Shown one piece after another: positions 8,977-19,072 of a DNA stretch of 57,474 bases (position 1 is the stretch's first letter; every line of letters begins with the position of its first letter). Source of the DNA: an uncultured bacterium. GTDB lineage: Bacteria; DYJV01. Below the pieces are notes generated by a model, which worked only from the letters and a program-made list of their open reading frames with translations, was not told where the DNA came from and searched no databases. The position numbers and the translations under genes are program-made. Location of the stretch: NCBI GenBank assembly GCA_964543655.1, contig CAZIZE010000096.1, positions 1 to 57,474 of the forward strand, in the 5' to 3' direction.

Positions 8977-10800
8977 CTATTTCAGAAGTTTTACAATATA
9001 TCCCTCTTCTGGATCTTCAAGCAATACAGCAAGTACATCTTTACCATTAATTTTAGCAAATGAAAAATCAAGCACTGTTTCATAGAATTTATCAGATTCC
9101 CATGTTTTTATGAGATTGTTCCCTATCCATCTAATACCAACTATTCTGTCAGGCTCCTCTTCACCGCCTCGTATAATTTTACTAATTATTTTCCTTGTAA
9201 TGTCTTTGTTATATGATGTTTTTATTGTGAATACCTGTTTATTAAACTCTTTTTTATATTCAAATCTCCTATAAGCATAAACATCTCTTGATGTCTCCCT
9301 GTCATAACCACCTCTATAAAAATCCCATTTTAATTTAATTGGATAAGCAATTGTTTTAAAAACTCCCATATTTTCACTTAACAAGTCAACTTTTTCTTCT
9401 TTTGGTGCATAATATCCTGCTATATTTCCAAATTTATCAATAATTATTGTATAATCTTTTTTATCTGGATTTGGTGCAAACCCATAAATTGAGTAAACAT
9501 TTTTTGCTTCTTCATAAGGTTTGGATACTTTAAATTTTGAACCTGTCCAAACCATTTCTCTGATAACACCATCAAAAGGCTCATATTCTCCTTTATGCTG
9601 GCAAATAAGATGTTTAACACCATTTCTGTCTTCAACTACTCTTAGATAATATTCAAGATTTCTATTAATAACGTGAAATTTGTTATGAGATGAATACTCA
9701 ATAATTATTGAGCACAATTTAGAGGTAATTGAGTCAACATCCTTATATTTTTGAGTTAGTGTAATAAATAGTTCTGCTTTCCCATTTTTATTAAAATCTG
9801 CTGTATGAAGATGTATTGCAGTGATATTACTACCTGAGAAAGGGTAATTATACATAAGTTTTAACTCTGTATTGCCAAATTTATACACATTGATTCCATA
9901 ATCATTTAATGTAACCAATTCATACTCTCCGTCTCCATCTACATCTGCTGTAACAATTCTTACTGCTTTTCTATGAAGCTTATATTTAACAACTTCAAAA
10001 TCACCACTTAAAGTAAGCTGATTTTCTGTAATTTCTCTTCCAGTTGTAAAACTGTAATCAGTAAGATTTCTTTTTGATCTTCTAATGAATTTGTTAGATG
10101 AAACACTTTTTCGTGGAAAAAATTTATTTGGAATATATTGAGGCTGATTAAAAGAAATTTTTATATCAGGTGGATAATTAGTTGCCACTTGATAAGGAAA
10201 TTGAAAACCTTGATTAAATAGAATAGAATTATCGTATAATGACTGTATTTTTGCAGTAATTATTCCTTGAGATGCATCAAGTCTAACAAGTAGATTGTAT
10301 TCACTTTTGTTAAGGAATTTTACTTCATCTGGTCTATTTATTTCATAAATTGTAAAATTATTATAGGTTAAAGCTTGTTGTAAATCTATGTATGGTTTAA
10401 AAGAATATTTGTTTTTTACATTGGTGAATAACACAACTTTTCTATTAAATGGCTTTAATAAAAAATCTCCTTTTTTAATAGGTTGTAAACTATATATTAT
10501 AGATGCTGTGCCAAATTGATTAAAAAATCCCATAAATCTTGCAAAACCGAGAGTTTCTGATGAAAGAGGATTGTTGCTTTTCTTTTTAATAATCAACTCT
10601 CCACCTGGAAATAACGTTGGTTGGGTGGTTATGTTAAAGGTTAATGTTTTATTATTAATATTGGAGATAGTATAGGATTCTATATTACCATAAGAATAGT
10701 AGCCATTTAAATGTTTTATTAAGGGATCCCATGGAGAATAAGCAAAAAGCATTGTTATTGTGGATAATATAAAAATTCCTATTAAAATTAATCTCTTCAA
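8977..10800 (-). CDS. Exported protein with FG-GAP/VCBS-like repeats
   Basis: Signal-peptide-like N-terminus (TTG 10800 with SD AAGGAG); ADVDGDGEYELV and ADFNKNGKAELF repeats. Confidence 0.7.
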   Translation of the reverse strand: MKRLILIGIFILSTITMLFAYSPWDPLIKHLNGYYSYGNIESYTISNINNKTLTFNITTQPTLFPGGELIIKKKSNNPLSSETLGFARFMGFFNQFGTASIIYSLQPIKKGDFLLKPFNRKVVLFTNVKNKYSFKPYIDLQQALTYNNFTIYEINRPDEVKFLNKSEYNLLVRLDASQGIITAKIQSLYDNSILFNQGFQFPYQVATNYPPDIKISFNQPQYIPNKFFPRKSVSSNKFIRRSKRNLTDYSFTTGREITENQLTLSGDFEVVKYKLHRKAVRIVTADVDGDGEYELVTLNDYGINVYKFGNTELKLMYNYPFSGSNITAIHLHTADFNKNGKAELFITLTQKYKDVDSITSKLCSIIIEYSSHNKFHVINRNLEYYLRVVEDRNGVKHLICQHKGEYEPFDGVIREMVWTGSKFKVSKPYEEAKNVYSIYGFAPNPDKKDYTIIIDKFGNIAGYYAPKEEKVDLLSENMGVFKTIAYPIKLKWDFYRGGYDRETSRDVYAYRRFEYKKEFNKQVFTIKTSYNKDITRKIISKIIRGGEEEPDRIVGIRWIGNNLIKTWESDKFYETVLDFSFAKINGKDVLAVLLEDPEEGYIVKLLK

Positions 10801-10867
10801 TTTACACTCCTTTTTTAATTTATTTCTCAATTTTACCTGATTTATCTGATTTTTTCAAGAAATTTTA

Positions 10868-12979
10868 TTATAAAAACTGAATAGGTGCTTTATTGATGTT
10901 TAATGTTTTTTTTCCAAATTTTTTAAAATATATAACAACTTTCTCTCCATTATCACCAACTATTGCAATAATTTTACCAATTCCAAACTTTCTGTGGTTT
11001 ACAAGCATACCAGATTTTACCCTTGAGTCATTTTTATCTCTTTCTGAAGGTCTTTCAAATGTTTTATAATTGTTTTTTATTTTATAAGGTTCAATTAATT
11101 CCTCTGGAATTTCATGCAAAAAAGGTGAAGGCTGATTGTATTGTGTAACTCTTCCTTTACCTCTTTTTTGACTGTATGATATGAATAATTTCTGCTTAGC
11201 TCTTGTAATAGCAACATAGCAGAGCCTTCTCTCTTCTTCTACTTCCATTTCATTAAACTTAGAATTTATATGAGGTAAAATATTATCTTCAAGACCTGTG
11301 AGAAAAATATATGGAAATTCAAGGCCTTTTGCTGAATGAATTGTCATTAGGGTAACATTGCTACCTTTATAATCTACATCAACAGATGATGTTAAAGATA
11401 CAGAATCAAGATAATCAGTTAGAGTAGCATCAGGATTATTCTCTTCAAAATGTTTTATTGAGCTTATTAATTCTTCAAGGTTAGCTATTCTATTCTCCCT
11501 TTCAATAGGATCTATATTTTCAAAAATGGATAAATATTTTGTGGTTTCAATAACTCTTCCTACAAGATCAGATAATGTTAGAATATTATTTTTTTCTCTT
11601 AATTCAGTTAAAATTTCATAAAATTGGATTAAACTTCTCTGGATTTTTGGTGAAAATTTTATTTCTCCATTAGCTACTGATTTTAAAATTTCATATATTG
11701 TTTTATTTTGCTCATTGGATAATCTTATGATTTTAGCAAATGTTTTAGAACCAATACCTCGTGGTGGCACATTAATAACTCTTTCATATGAAAGTAGATC
11801 TTCACAGCCATTAACAAGTTTTAAATATGCAATTATATCCTTAATCTCTTTTCTGTCAAAAAATTTAAAACCACCAACTATAATATAGGGAATATTATGT
11901 TTAACAAGTGTGTCTTCAAAAACTCTTGATTGGGCATTTGTTCTGTATAATATTGCGCATTTAGAGTAATCCCCTATTTTAAGTATTGTATTAATAACAA
12001 AGGAAGCTTCTTCATATTCATCATAAGCTTCATAAAGAGTTATTTTTTCACCCTTTCCCTTTGATGTCCAGAGATTTTTTCCCTTTCTATTTTTATTCTG
12101 CTTTATTAGGTTATTAGCAGCATCGAGGATTGTCTGGGTAGATCTATAATTTTCTTCTAATTTTATTACAATTGCATTTGGGAAATCTTTTTCAAAATTT
12201 AAAATATTTCTAATATTAGCTCCACGCCAGCTGTAAATTGACTGGTCATCATCACCAACTACACAGATCTTTCTTTTTGGCTCAGTGAGAAGTTTTATTA
12301 TTTTGTATTGAATTAAGTTGGTATCTTGATACTCATCAACTAAAATATAATCAAAAATATATCTGTAATAATCAACAACTTCCTGATTGGTTATAAAAAG
12401 TTTGTATGTAAGATAAAGCAAATCTCCAAAATCTACAGCATTATTTTCTTTCATTTTTAATTGATAGATTGAGTATAAATTTTTCAAATTATTATCTCTA
12501 ATATCAACTTCTTCTGGAGAAATAGCCTCATTTTTAAAACTATTAATAAAATAAGCTACTTTTTGTGGTGAATATTTTTTATCATCAAGGTTAAGCTCTT
12601 CTTTAATTATTTTTTTTAAAAAATTTTTCTGATCACTATCATCATAAATTATAAAATCAGATTTATAACCAAGTTTATCTATGAATTTCCTTAAAACTTT
12701 AGAACCAAAAGAATGAAAGGTTGTTATCCATGGTAAATTACCTTTAATTTTTGTAAGTTTTAAAATTCTTTCTTTCATTTCATTAGCTGCTTTGTTTGTA
12801 AAAGTAACAGATAAGATTTTCCCTGGATTAAAACCTTCCTCTTTAACAAGATATGCAAATTTCACAGTAAGGAGAGTAGTTTTACCACTTCCTGCACCTG
12901 CAAGTACAAGAAGAGGATCTTGATTATTAACAACAGCCTGAAACTGCTGGTCATTTAGTTTTTGTAAAATTTTTTCCAT
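10868..12979 (-). CDS. pcrA: ATP-dependent DNA helicase PcrA/UvrD
   Basis: AGAGSGKT, VDEYQDTN, VGDDDQSIY, TIHSAKGLEF, EEERRLCYVAITRA; C-terminal Tudor-like HRKFGIG. Confidence 0.95.
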   Translation of the reverse strand: MEKILQKLNDQQFQAVVNNQDPLLVLAGAGSGKTTLLTVKFAYLVKEEGFNPGKILSVTFTNKAANEMKERILKLTKIKGNLPWITTFHSFGSKVLRKFIDKLGYKSDFIIYDDSDQKNFLKKIIKEELNLDDKKYSPQKVAYFINSFKNEAISPEEVDIRDNNLKNLYSIYQLKMKENNAVDFGDLLYLTYKLFITNQEVVDYYRYIFDYILVDEYQDTNLIQYKIIKLLTEPKRKICVVGDDDQSIYSWRGANIRNILNFEKDFPNAIVIKLEENYRSTQTILDAANNLIKQNKNRKGKNLWTSKGKGEKITLYEAYDEYEEASFVINTILKIGDYSKCAILYRTNAQSRVFEDTLVKHNIPYIIVGGFKFFDRKEIKDIIAYLKLVNGCEDLLSYERVINVPPRGIGSKTFAKIIRLSNEQNKTIYEILKSVANGEIKFSPKIQRSLIQFYEILTELREKNNILTLSDLVGRVIETTKYLSIFENIDPIERENRIANLEELISSIKHFEENNPDATLTDYLDSVSLTSSVDVDYKGSNVTLMTIHSAKGLEFPYIFLTGLEDNILPHINSKFNEMEVEEERRLCYVAITRAKQKLFISYSQKRGKGRVTQYNQPSPFLHEIPEELIEPYKIKNNYKTFERPSERDKNDSRVKSGMLVNHRKFGIGKIIAIVGDNGEKVVIYFKKFGKKTLNINKAPIQFL

Positions 12980-12985
12980 ATAGGT

Positions 12986-14200
12986 TTAAGACTCCTTTAA
13001 TAAACTCTCTGTTAATTTGTATGCTGCATTGTAAAAAATTTTTGATTTTTCTGCTTCTTTTTCTGAAAAATTTATACCCTTTTTGGAGAAACCATTTTTT
13101 GAAGAATAAAGAATAAATGGCACAGGGTCAGCAACATGAGTCCTTTTCTCAATTGGAGTTGGATGGTCTGGTGTTATTAATAATTTAAATTCTCCAAATT
13201 TTGATGCTAATCTATCTATGAGATAACCAACTATCTTTTCATCAAAAAATTCGATAGCTTTAATTTTATTTTCAATATTACCTTCATGTCCAGATTCATC
13301 AGCAGCTTCAACATGGAGAAAAATAAAATCATGTTTTTCTAATAATTCAAGTGCACCATCAGCTTTGCCTTTGTAATTAGTGTCAATATAACCAGTAGCA
13401 CCTTCAATATCTTTAATTTCGAGTCCTGCAGCAACTCCAATCCCCTTTATTAGATCAACAGCTGCAATTACTCCACCAGAGATAGAAAATTTATCTTTAA
13501 ATAAAGGGATAGCTGGTTTTTTACCCTGTCCCCATAGCCAGATTGAATTTGCTGGAAGTTTCTCCTGTTCTAATCTTTTTTTATTCACTTCATGTTGATG
13601 AAAGAAAGTCTGAGATTGTGTCATTAGCCATACAATTTCACTTTCACCCCAGTTTTCTGGTAAATAATTTTTTACTTCTTTGCCAATTATATCGTGAGGA
13701 GGATATAATTTAGTATTAGCTATATGCTCAGGGCAATTGTAGCATACCATAATGTTACGATAACTTATACCTGGAAAAAATTTAATATTCTCAAGGTTTA
13801 ATAATTTGTTAAAATCCTTTATTAATCTGTTTCCCTCTTCAGTGGTAATATGTCCTGCTGAATAGTCGTGCATATACACTCTTCCTTCATAGTGTAGAAG
13901 ATTTACAAGATTACATCTGAAAGCAACATCATTATCTCCAAGTTCTATCCCCATACTTAAAGCTTCAAGAGGAGCTCTGCCTGTATAATATTTTTTTGGA
14001 TCATAACCAAATAATCCCATATTGGTAACATCACTACCTGGTTCCATCCCTTCTGGTGTAGTAGCAACAAGGCCAATTTCACCATTTGCAGCTAATTTAT
14101 TCATATTAGGTGTATTGGCAGCTTCAAGGGTGGTTTTATCATGAAGCTCTTTTAATGGCCATCCTGCCATTCCATCACTTAAAAGAATTAAATATTTCAT
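12986..14200 (-). CDS. apgM: Cofactor-independent phosphoglycerate mutase-family protein (ApgM; proposed homoserine kinase subgroup)
   Basis: DGMAG, PGSDV, YTGRAPLEA, HVEAADESGH, PDHPTP; 2 bp downstream of thrC. Confidence 0.85.
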   Translation of the reverse strand: MKYLILLSDGMAGWPLKELHDKTTLEAANTPNMNKLAANGEIGLVATTPEGMEPGSDVTNMGLFGYDPKKYYTGRAPLEALSMGIELGDNDVAFRCNLVNLLHYEGRVYMHDYSAGHITTEEGNRLIKDFNKLLNLENIKFFPGISYRNIMVCYNCPEHIANTKLYPPHDIIGKEVKNYLPENWGESEIVWLMTQSQTFFHQHEVNKKRLEQEKLPANSIWLWGQGKKPAIPLFKDKFSISGGVIAAVDLIKGIGVAAGLEIKDIEGATGYIDTNYKGKADGALELLEKHDFIFLHVEAADESGHEGNIENKIKAIEFFDEKIVGYLIDRLASKFGEFKLLITPDHPTPIEKRTHVADPVPFILYSSKNGFSKKGINFSEKEAEKSKIFYNAAYKLTESLLKES

Positions 14201-14202
14201 AA

Positions 14203-15258
14203 TTAATCTCCTAAAATAGTTTCTACTATTTTATTAAAATCAGGCTCCAGAGTAACAGGCTTTTCTGAAATTTTAATAGCATTATCTGGATCTTTTAAAC
14301 CATGACCTGTTAATGTACATGTAATAATGTCTCCTTTTTTGAAAAAATCTTTTTTGGACAACTTTAGTAATCCAGCAACAGTAGCAGCACTTGCTGGCTC
14401 ACAAAATATACCTTCCTCTGAGGCTATTAATTTGTATGCTTTTAAAATTTCTTTATCAGAAACCATATCTATTAATCCTTTAGACTCATCTCTTGCTGCT
14501 TCAGCTTTTTTCCAACTTGCAGGATTACCAATTCTAATAGCAGTTGCAACTGTTTCAGGATTATCTATTTTATATCCTCTAACTATTGGTGCTGCGCCCT
14601 CTGCCTGAAATCCTAACATTTTAGGTAATTTTTTTGACTTACCATCATTATAATACTCTTTGTATCCCATCCAATAAGCTGTAATATTTCCAGCATTTCC
14701 TACAGGCAGGCAATGATAATCTGGAGCATCTCCAAGAGAATCCACTATTTCAAATGCAGCTGTTTTTTGTCCCTCTAATCTATATGGATTAAGTGAATTC
14801 ACAAGAGTAATGGGGTATTTTTCTGAAATTTCCCTAACAAGTTTTAGTGCTATGTCAAAATTGCCTTTTATTTGAACAACCTTTGCACCATGCATCATTG
14901 CCTGTGATAATTTGCCAAGAGCTATTTTACCTTCAGGAATTAAAACAATAGCTCTTAAACCTGCTCTTGCAGCATAAGCAGCAGCAGATGCAGAGGTATT
15001 ACCTGTGGATGCGCATATAACAGCTCTGGAATTATTCTCAACAGCATTTGTTACAGCCATTGTCATACCTCTATCTTTAAAAGAGCCTGTGGGGTTTAAA
15101 CCTTCATATTTAAAGTAAATTGTAATATCATCGCCAATTAATTTATTAATTTTAGTAGCTTTTATCAAAGGAGTGTTACCTTCATTTAATGTTACAATTT
15201 TAGATTCATCTTTAAATGGTAAATATTTTTTATATGTTTTTAATAAACCTTCCCACAT
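14203..15258 (-). CDS. thrC: Threonine synthase
   Basis: [13 protein letters not shown] (PLP Lys), [30 protein letters not shown]. Confidence 0.97.
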   Translation of the reverse strand: MWEGLLKTYKKYLPFKDESKIVTLNEGNTPLIKATKINKLIGDDITIYFKYEGLNPTGSFKDRGMTMAVTNAVENNSRAVICASTGNTSASAAAYAARAGLRAIVLIPEGKIALGKLSQAMMHGAKVVQIKGNFDIALKLVREISEKYPITLVNSLNPYRLEGQKTAAFEIVDSLGDAPDYHCLPVGNAGNITAYWMGYKEYYNDGKSKKLPKMLGFQAEGAAPIVRGYKIDNPETVATAIRIGNPASWKKAEAARDESKGLIDMVSDKEILKAYKLIASEEGIFCEPASAATVAGLLKLSKKDFFKKGDIITCTLTGHGLKDPDNAIKISEKPVTLEPDFNKIVETILGD

Positions 15259-15462
15259 CTTTTTCTCCTTTTAAAAAATTTAAATATCAATACCATAGTA
15301 ATAGGCAACTATCAATAAATAAAATTTTTTATAATTTTAAAAAATTTTAAAGAAATTTTCGGGCAGTTTTCTTATAAAAAAATAGCTTGTTTTGATTTTT
15401 TTTAGTAATTTAAGAGAGTTAATCTTGTTGGTAATTTTTTTTGAAAAAATTTGAAAAAAAAT

Positions 15463-15489
15463 TAAAGTTTTTATTATTATATCCGATAA
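15463..15489 (+). promoter_or_regulatory. Sigma28 (FliA/SigD) promoter
   Basis: TAAAGTTT (15463-15470)-N11-TCCGATAA (15482-15489) versus consensus TAAAGTTT-N11-GCCGATAA. Confidence 0.8.
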
Positions 15490-15521
15490 CAGATTAGGAT
15501 AAATAGAAAGGGGGGATGAAT

Positions 15522-15752
15522 ATGTCAATTCAAGGTGTAGGTATGGGTCAAGGTTATAATGTAATGAATCAAACATTAAACATGACTCAAAACAGAGTTC
15601 AAGAATCAAAAAATTTAACTGAGGATATTGTTGGTGGAGCATTAAATAAGCAGATGAAGCATCAACAAAACATGCTACAAGTTAATGCTCAGATGCAGGC
15701 TGGTATGGATAATATTGCTCAGCAGCAGAATTTGATAAACTACCTTGTTTAA
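15522..15752 (+). CDS. Small Gln/Asn/Met-rich protein, probably flagellar regulon (YjfB 'putative motility protein'-like)
   Basis: Has its own sigma28 promoter, a G6 SD 6 nt before ATG 15522, and its own terminator. Confidence 0.7.
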   Translation: MSIQGVGMGQGYNVMNQTLNMTQNRVQESKNLTEDIVGGALNKQMKHQQNMLQVNAQMQAGMDNIAQQQNLINYLV

Positions 15753-15754
15753 TT

Positions 15755-15777
15755 AAGGGGCATTAATGCCCCTTTTT
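15755..15777 (+). terminator. Intrinsic terminator
   Basis: AAGGGGCAT-TA-ATGCCCCTT followed by TTT, immediately after the small ORF and convergent with purN. Confidence 0.85.
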
Positions 15778-15803
15778 CCATTTCTATAATAATTATTTAA
15801 GTT

Positions 15804-16466
15804 TTAAGATGTAGAGTAAGGATTGATTAAAAATAGATCTTTCATATTTTCTGTAGGTTCATCTTTTATATAAACTTTTCTGCCAGAAATTTGCAACTTA
15901 TCTTCAACAAGAAGTTTTATTGCATATGGGAAAATAATATGCTCTTTAGCAAGTATACGTTTCTTCAGAGTTTCCACATTATCGTTTTGCAAAACTGGAA
16001 CAACTGCCTGAACAATAATAGGCCCAGTATCTGTACCTTCATCAACAAAATGCACAGTACAACCTGAAAACTTCACACCATATTCAAAAGCCTGTTTTTG
16101 ACCATCAGTACCTGGAAATGAAGGTAAAAGAGCAGGGTGTATGTTTAAAATTTTATAACGATAATGTGAAATAAATTTTTTTGTTAAAACACGCATAAAA
16201 CCAGCAAGTATAACATAATCAATATTGTATTCTTCTAATTTTTCAATTAATTTTTCTTCAAAATCCTCTCTATTTGGAAAATCTTTATGATTAATAACAG
16301 CAGTGGGAATAGAGCTTTTCTCTGCTCTTACAAGTCCATAAGCTTCAGAGTTGTTACTTATTACCACAGAAATCTCAGCATTTTTAATAAAACCACTGTT
16401 AATATTATCAATTATGGATTGTAAATTTGTGCCACTGCCTGAAATTAAAATTCCTAATTTTTTCAT
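15804..16466 (-). CDS. purN: Phosphoribosylglycinamide formyltransferase
   Basis: ISGSGTNLQ, LAGFMRVL, NIHPALLP, GCTVHFVDEGTDTGPII. Confidence 0.97.
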   Translation of the reverse strand: MKKLGILISGSGTNLQSIIDNINSGFIKNAEISVVISNNSEAYGLVRAEKSSIPTAVINHKDFPNREDFEEKLIEKLEEYNIDYVILAGFMRVLTKKFISHYRYKILNIHPALLPSFPGTDGQKQAFEYGVKFSGCTVHFVDEGTDTGPIIVQAVVPVLQNDNVETLKKRILAKEHIIFPYAIKLLVEDKLQISGRKVYIKDEPTENMKDLFLINPYSTS

Positions 16467-16477
16467 TTTAACCTCTT

Positions 16478-17533
16478 TTATATTTTAAAAGCATTTTTAT
16501 AGTTTTTAAGTTCAACTTGAGATTCATCTGATTCTCTTTGAACAATTTCCCCAATTAAATAAGATTCCATATTCAAATTATTTAGCATACTTAAAAGGTC
16601 ATCAACAATATCTTGAGGTGTTATTAAAATATATCCAATGCCATTGTTAAATGTTTTAAACATTTCAATTTCATCAATATTGCCAGATTGTTTTGTGAGT
16701 TTAAAGATATATGGTATTTCCCATGTTGAAACATCAATAACTGCTTTGCATCTTTCAGGTAAAACTCGTGGAATATTTTCTATAAAACCGCCACCAGTAA
16801 TATGTACCATTCCATTAATTTGAAAAATTTTTGTTAATTTAAGAACTATATCAACATAAATTTGTGTGGGAGTTAATAGCTCTTCTATTAATGTTTTACC
16901 AATTTCATCTATTTTTTTATTTATATCAAATTTTTCTGATTCAATAAAAATTTTTCTTAATAAGGAGAAACCATTGCTATGTACACCTGATGATTGAAGG
17001 CCAATTATTTTATTTTTAAAGGCAATTGATGAACCATCAATAATCTTATCTTTTGATATAATTCCAACACCAAATGCTGCTAAATCATACTCATTATCTC
17101 TGTAAAAACCTGGCATTTCAGCAGTTTCTCCGCCAATAAGGGAACAACCTGCTTCTCTGCATCCTTTGATAATTCCACTTATTACATCACTTGCTATTTT
17201 TTCATCTAATTTGCCAGTAGCAAAGTAATCAAGTAAAAACAAAGGCTTGGCACCAGTAACAATTAAGTCATTTACAACCATTGCAACAAGATCTATTCCA
17301 ATAGTTGAATGAATGCCACTTAAAAATGCTAATTTGAGCTTAGTCCCCACACCATCAACAGAGCTAACAAGCACTGGGTTGGAAAAATTATCATTTGAAA
17401 GGTCAAAAAAACCTGAAAAGCCACCAATATCAGACAATACTTCAGGAGTAAAAGTTTCTTTAATTTTTTCTTTTAAATTTTTAATTATATTATCTGCTTT
17501 TTCAATATCTACACCAGCTGATTTGTAATCCAA
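16478..17533 (-). CDS. purM: Phosphoribosylformylglycinamidine cyclo-ligase (AIR synthetase)
   Basis: YKSAGVDI, DGVGTKL, GGETAEMPG, SSGVHSNGFS, HITGGG; TTG start with AGGAGG. Confidence 0.97.
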   Translation of the reverse strand: MDYKSAGVDIEKADNIIKNLKEKIKETFTPEVLSDIGGFSGFFDLSNDNFSNPVLVSSVDGVGTKLKLAFLSGIHSTIGIDLVAMVVNDLIVTGAKPLFLLDYFATGKLDEKIASDVISGIIKGCREAGCSLIGGETAEMPGFYRDNEYDLAAFGVGIISKDKIIDGSSIAFKNKIIGLQSSGVHSNGFSLLRKIFIESEKFDINKKIDEIGKTLIEELLTPTQIYVDIVLKLTKIFQINGMVHITGGGFIENIPRVLPERCKAVIDVSTWEIPYIFKLTKQSGNIDEIEMFKTFNNGIGYILITPQDIVDDLLSMLNNLNMESYLIGEIVQRESDESQVELKNYKNAFKI

Positions 17534-17543
17534 AATTTTCCTC

Positions 17544-17885
17544 CTAAAAATATTTTATAACTTCAGCAAGCTCTAAAGTTATGATTCCATGGGCATCTTT
17601 TATCATTGTTTCAATATCAGGTAAAATTTTTTCTATATTTTCAAGTGTGTCAATAATCTCTATAATTATTGGCAAATCTTGAGATAATGCAAAAGTCCTG
17701 CTTGAATGAATAACAGAACTGGCACCATATCCATAAATACCTCTAATTACCGTCGCTCCTGCAATATTATTCTCTTTGCAATGGTTAACTATAGCTTTAA
17801 ATAGGGGTTTTCCATTGTAGGTGTCATCTTCACCAATAAAAATTCTCATTAACTTTTGTTTGCCAATGAGTTTGCCAGGTGTCAT
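17544..17885 (-). CDS. DUF190 (PII-like) protein
   Basis: RIFIGEDD, IAGATVIRGIYGYG, LSQDLPIIIEIID; typical crcB partner; start ATG 17885 with AAGGAG. Confidence 0.9.
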   Translation of the reverse strand: MTPGKLIGKQKLMRIFIGEDDTYNGKPLFKAIVNHCKENNIAGATVIRGIYGYGASSVIHSSRTFALSQDLPIIIEIIDTLENIEKILPDIETMIKDAHGIITLELAEVIKYF

Positions 17886-17886
17886 T

Positions 17887-18258
17887 TTAACTCCTTGCAA
17901 GATATATTCCAAAATAAGCTGATAATAGAGTAAAAAAGAAATTTGCAAAAATATTTAAAAGCCCAAAAATGTATGCATTGTCTTCAAATAACATTAAAGT
18001 TTCAACAGAAAAAGTGGAAAAAGTTGTAAAAGCACCAAGAAAACCAACAGATAGAGCAAACCTCAAATAATCTGGTAGAAAGATACGTTCTACAGTAATA
18101 GTATGGAAATAACCTAATAAAAAAGAGCCAACTACATTTACAATAAAAGTCCCAAATGGAATGTTATTGCCAAGGATTAACATTGAAATTTTAGCCACAA
18201 CATACCTTGAGATAGCTCCAAAAAATCCACCTATTCCTATAAAAAGCAGTTTAACCAT
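17887..18258 (-). CDS. crcB: Fluoride channel Fluc/CrcB
   Basis: GGFFGAISRY, GTFIVNVVGS, GFLGAFTTFSTF. Confidence 0.95.
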   Translation of the reverse strand: MVKLLFIGIGGFFGAISRYVVAKISMLILGNNIPFGTFIVNVVGSFLLGYFHTITVERIFLPDYLRFALSVGFLGAFTTFSTFSVETLMLFEDNAYIFGLLNIFANFFFTLLSAYFGIYLARS

Positions 18259-19026
18259 CTATATTAAAGTAATATCCTTTTTAATATCAAATAGAGATTT
18301 ACTTTTATTTATTTCATCTGTTTCAATAATGCAAGAAAAAATTTCTTCGTTATTTGAAAGTTCAGCTAATATTTCACCATCAGGGTTGACAATCATTGAA
18401 TTTCCACCAAATTCAATTTCATTTAAAAAACCAACACAATTACATGAAACTATAAAAATTTGATTCTCAATAGCTCTTGCAATATTTAAAATTTTCCAAT
18501 GGGTTAGTCTTGCTTTTGGCCACTGTGCTGATATAAATATAATTAGTGCTCCTTTTATAGTAAGAATTCTAAAAAGCTCAGGGAATCTTAAGTCATAACA
18601 TAGAGTTAATCCAAACGGTATTGGGTCTTTTACAAAGCAGATTTTTTCTCCCTTTTTAAAATATTTATCTTCTTTTAATGGTTTAAAAAGATGAATTTTA
18701 TTGTAGTAAGATGCAATTTCCCCTTTATTGTTAATGAATAGATTCCTGTTATATAGATTATTTTTCTCAATATATGGAACGGAGCCGATAATGTTTAAGT
18801 TTTTTTCAAAAGCTATTTTTTCCAATTTGTAAATATTCTCAGTTGTATATTTAGCGCAAAAATCTATATTTTCATAAGAGTAGCCAGATGCCCAGAGCTC
18901 TGGTAATACAGCAAAATGATAATTTTTTTCTGGCAATTTCATTAAATAATTAATAACTGTTTCAAAGTTTTTCTCTATATTGCCAGCTACAACTTTAATT
19001 TGTAAAAGAGAAATATTGACTTTCAT
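18259..19026 (-). CDS. Carbon-nitrogen hydrolase (nitrilase superfamily)
   Basis: E-K-C triad: VLPELW, YNKIHLF, LCYDLRFPE; ARAIENQ; start uncertain (19026 or 19044). Confidence 0.9.
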   Translation of the reverse strand: MKVNISLLQIKVVAGNIEKNFETVINYLMKLPEKNYHFAVLPELWASGYSYENIDFCAKYTTENIYKLEKIAFEKNLNIIGSVPYIEKNNLYNRNLFINNKGEIASYYNKIHLFKPLKEDKYFKKGEKICFVKDPIPFGLTLCYDLRFPELFRILTIKGALIIFISAQWPKARLTHWKILNIARAIENQIFIVSCNCVGFLNEIEFGGNSMIVNPDGEILAELSNNEEIFSCIIETDEINKSKSLFDIKKDITLI

Positions 19027-19072
19027 ATAAACTTTTAGTAACATAAACTTTAAATAAATTAAAGGAATTTTT

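Noticed and set aside
15337-15642. 101-aa minus-strand ORF
   Set aside because: It is antisense to the small gene that has a promoter, SD and terminator, and it runs through low-complexity AT sequence.
18259-19072. Fluoride riboswitch upstream of crcB
   Set aside because: crcB abuts the nitrilase-family gene with no leader, and no GGCGATGG-type aptamer is visible upstream.
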